Shown here: positions 61,394 to 64,000 of the stretch, piece after piece | Layout of the letters: every line of letters begins with the position of its first letter | Position numbering within the stretch: the stretch's first letter is position 1 | Assembly: GCF_001447785.1 (NCBI RefSeq) | Contig: NW_015162487.1 | Coordinates: 875,255 to 939,254, forward strand | Length of the DNA stretch: 64,000 nt | Source: Gekko japonicus | Taxonomy: Eukaryota | Reading direction: 5' to 3' | Made by a program: the position numbers and the translations under genes | Notes under the pieces: generated by a model | What the model saw: the letters and a program-made list of their open reading frames with translations, nothing else | What the model was told of the DNA's origin: nothing | Databases searched by the model: none

Positions 61394-64000
61394 CTCGGAA
61401 AGGGTAAGCAAAATTACTAGGGGTAAGGAACCAGCCTATTTTCATGGAGCATCACCACACTAGTGGTTCACCCACCTGGCCCACTAGTGCATTAGTGCTA
61501 CGAATGGGACCACATGTGGCTAGTGTTTAAACATGATGGAACAGGGGTGCAATGGTTATGTAAGTCCTCCGCCCATGTCCCATAGCATATATGAACACAC
61601 GAAGCTGCCTTGTACTGAATCAGACAACTGGTCCATTGAGATCAGTATTGTCTACTCAGACTGGCAGCGGCTCTCCAGGGTCTCAGGGCGAGGTCTTTCC
61701 TAGCACCCATTACCTGGTCCTTCTAACTGGAGATGACGGGGACTGAACCTGGGGCTTCCTGCATGCCTAGCAGATGCTCTGCCACTGAGACAGAACCCCT
61801 TCCAGCATATATACTGAGCACCACCAGCAAAACCAAATGGCAACACTTTCCCTCGATTTAGGGCAAGTTTCCTCCATGCCACCCTCTGGGGAGACACTCA
61901 AAACATGCAACACCACACCCTGCAGCCCAATATTGGACAGCCCCCCATAAGCTCTAACATCTTATTCTGCTGAGTGTAATTGACCCTGAGCAGCAGCTTG
62001 TTGCAAGCCAATGCCATCATATTACAGCAGGGACCTAAAATATTGCTTTCCCCCATGCTGGAGGTTTCCCCATCCTCCACTTCAGTAGGCAGCAGCACTA
62101 AGGTCTTGATGCAGCACATATTTCAGTCATTAAGTCATCTAATCGCCTCCCTTGGCTTGGATTGGGTTTCTTCCCCGGCCGGCTGTCTGACACTGACAAA
62201 TGACTTCATCACCGCCTTCCATAGTCCACACAAATGCACCGTGCTGCGCCAACACACAATGAGACAAATATTTGCAGCAAAAATTATATCGCTCTGGGTG
62301 AAGGGGCATTCCTCACACGGGTGCTTTAAATACGATCTGCAGACTGAAAACAATAATCCCTCCTTGTCGACCCGCTCATCTAAGAAGAAAACTTGGCCAG
62401 TTTTGGTACACAAGAATGGGGGGAAGAGAGGGGGGACGACTACAGATCAAGAGACAAAATCAGCTCGCTTCACTTAGATTAGGCCTTCCGTTCATATTCA
62501 AATTGATTATACAAATTTAAAAACTGCTTTGGAACGAGAACACTTTTAAACTTGGAACATGATCTAAAGTTTCCATTGACGCAGCTGACAAGCTTTCTGC
62601 ACTGCAGAATTTATATCCAATTACAGACCAAAGGGGGAAATGGTGAAAATAATGACTGTTTGGCTTTCACTGCTCACATGTACCACCACCAAGGATAATT
62701 TAAGACCGGGATCTAAAGAATAATGAGACTTGTTTCAGGAATCCCATCTTTACGTTTGTTTTACTCCGGCAGAAGCCGGAGTATGACAAATTGCCACTGA
62801 ATCTAAAGGGAATTTATCAAGGGCTACTTGATATATGATGGAGGAATTGGCTGTTAATTTAGTATAAGGTCCTTGTGGAAACCTAAGCAGCTACTAAGAT
62901 CCTGTTCCCAAAGCCCTGGACCTTCCAGAGGCAAGGGCTGTTGCTTCTGTGGCTCAGCAGTTTTACTCCATGAGACGGAAAGCATGTAGGATTCATATAG
63001 TCAGATATTCAGTTTGCCAGACACGCTGATAGCGCTTGAATCCAAAAGTCATTCCTCCATAGCTTGGGTTCCCCCCTTGCCCAAGGAAGGAAGGGTGTAT
63101 TTCAGCATGCCAGATAAGACAGCCAAGCTGCTAATTTAAAAAGTCCAGTGTCATGTTCAGGAACTGAGAAAGAGTACTCCTGGCCAATTCATCTTAGGCC
63201 AGCTTGGGTTAGGAGACCACCCGTTGAACTTGTGGGTACATCCATGGGAACAAGTCCCATCAGCTTCAATGGGGGTTAGTTTCAAGCATGCAATAATAAG
63301 CAGCAGTTTCAGATAAAGCGTTTTTCGAAAACCATTTCCGCAGAAATACCTTCCTTGAAGCAAGGCACACTGAGAATGCAAGTTTCACTTCTGGGTGAAG
63401 CCCTTTGTGACTCCCCTCTTTGAGAGGCGCCTGGAGAAACAGACCTTAAATTTGTTTTCAACAGCTAAATGGCCACATATGTTTTACTTCCAGCCATGAT
63501 ACGGAGCATATCAGAAGTGACTTCAGCTATAAGCACCAAGTTTTTTTGTAAATTAAAGGTACGAGAAAAGCTATGCCCAAGGGCACCTATGTTCTTCCCA
63601 CTTTTTCTGCCCCAATAAAGTTTCATAATTCCCTGTCTTGTAAACGTTGATGCCAGTAGAGTTTAACTGGGAACTTTCCTATTCCTTTTAGCAAACACTA
63701 TCGCATTTAATTTTCTCTGAGCCCACTTTTTATTGCTTGCATTATGATCTTTACTCTCTATGACGAATTTGAACTGTTTATAAAATGCTCATTCCCCCCC
63801 CCCCCCACCTCAGCTCATAAGGTCTACTACCTGGCCTTTTCTGCTGTTGCCTAGCCTTATTTTATTTGACTCTGAATACAGAGCTTTTAGTTTTTATGTT
63901 ATTTTAAAACTGTACTGACGTTTTACTTGCTGTACACTGCAGTGAGTGCCTTTCAGCAGGGAGGGAAATATTCTGAAGAGATCTAACCTGGTGTGGAGGT

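Noticed and set aside
53649-64000. Search for CCNYL1 exon 1 (MGN...CC myristoylation start)
   Set aside because: No matching peptide or CpG island found; it must lie beyond the window.

Overview
Vertebrate genomic DNA, most likely a gecko or other squamate reptile (inferred from Sauria-, Squam3-, 5S-Sauria-, Bov-B-, CR1- and Penelope-type repeats). There are three short N gaps (2664-2780, 15258-15356, 48696-48716). Two protein-coding genes lie tail-to-tail. FZD5 (+, uninterrupted 577-aa CDS at 3637-5370) sits in a CpG island and has a probable ~5.6-kb 3' UTR. CCNYL1 (-) has coding exons 2-10, all recovered by hand with GT-AG boundaries and a continuous reading frame (22260-53648); exon 1 lies beyond the right edge. 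The rest is a dense, often nested mix of SINEs, LINE fragments and hAT/Harbinger-type MITEs, several with readable target-site duplications. The most unusual observations are: (1) a perfect 96-bp inverted copy of FZD5 coding sequence inserted with microhomology junctions into a SINE 3.6 kb from its source; (2) Penelope-like palindromic elements carrying degenerate minimal hammerhead-ribozyme motifs; (3) a repeat-free, homeodomain/Sox-motif-dense block in CCNYL1 intron 8 that is a candidate FZD5 enhancer; (4) a hairpin-packed Harbinger-like element hiding a consensus splice donor; (5) a ~10-bp-phased tandem array and three uORFs in front of FZD5. I found no evidence for a wholly new protein-coding system. 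Repeat family names come from recognition of consensus-like sequence, not from a database search.
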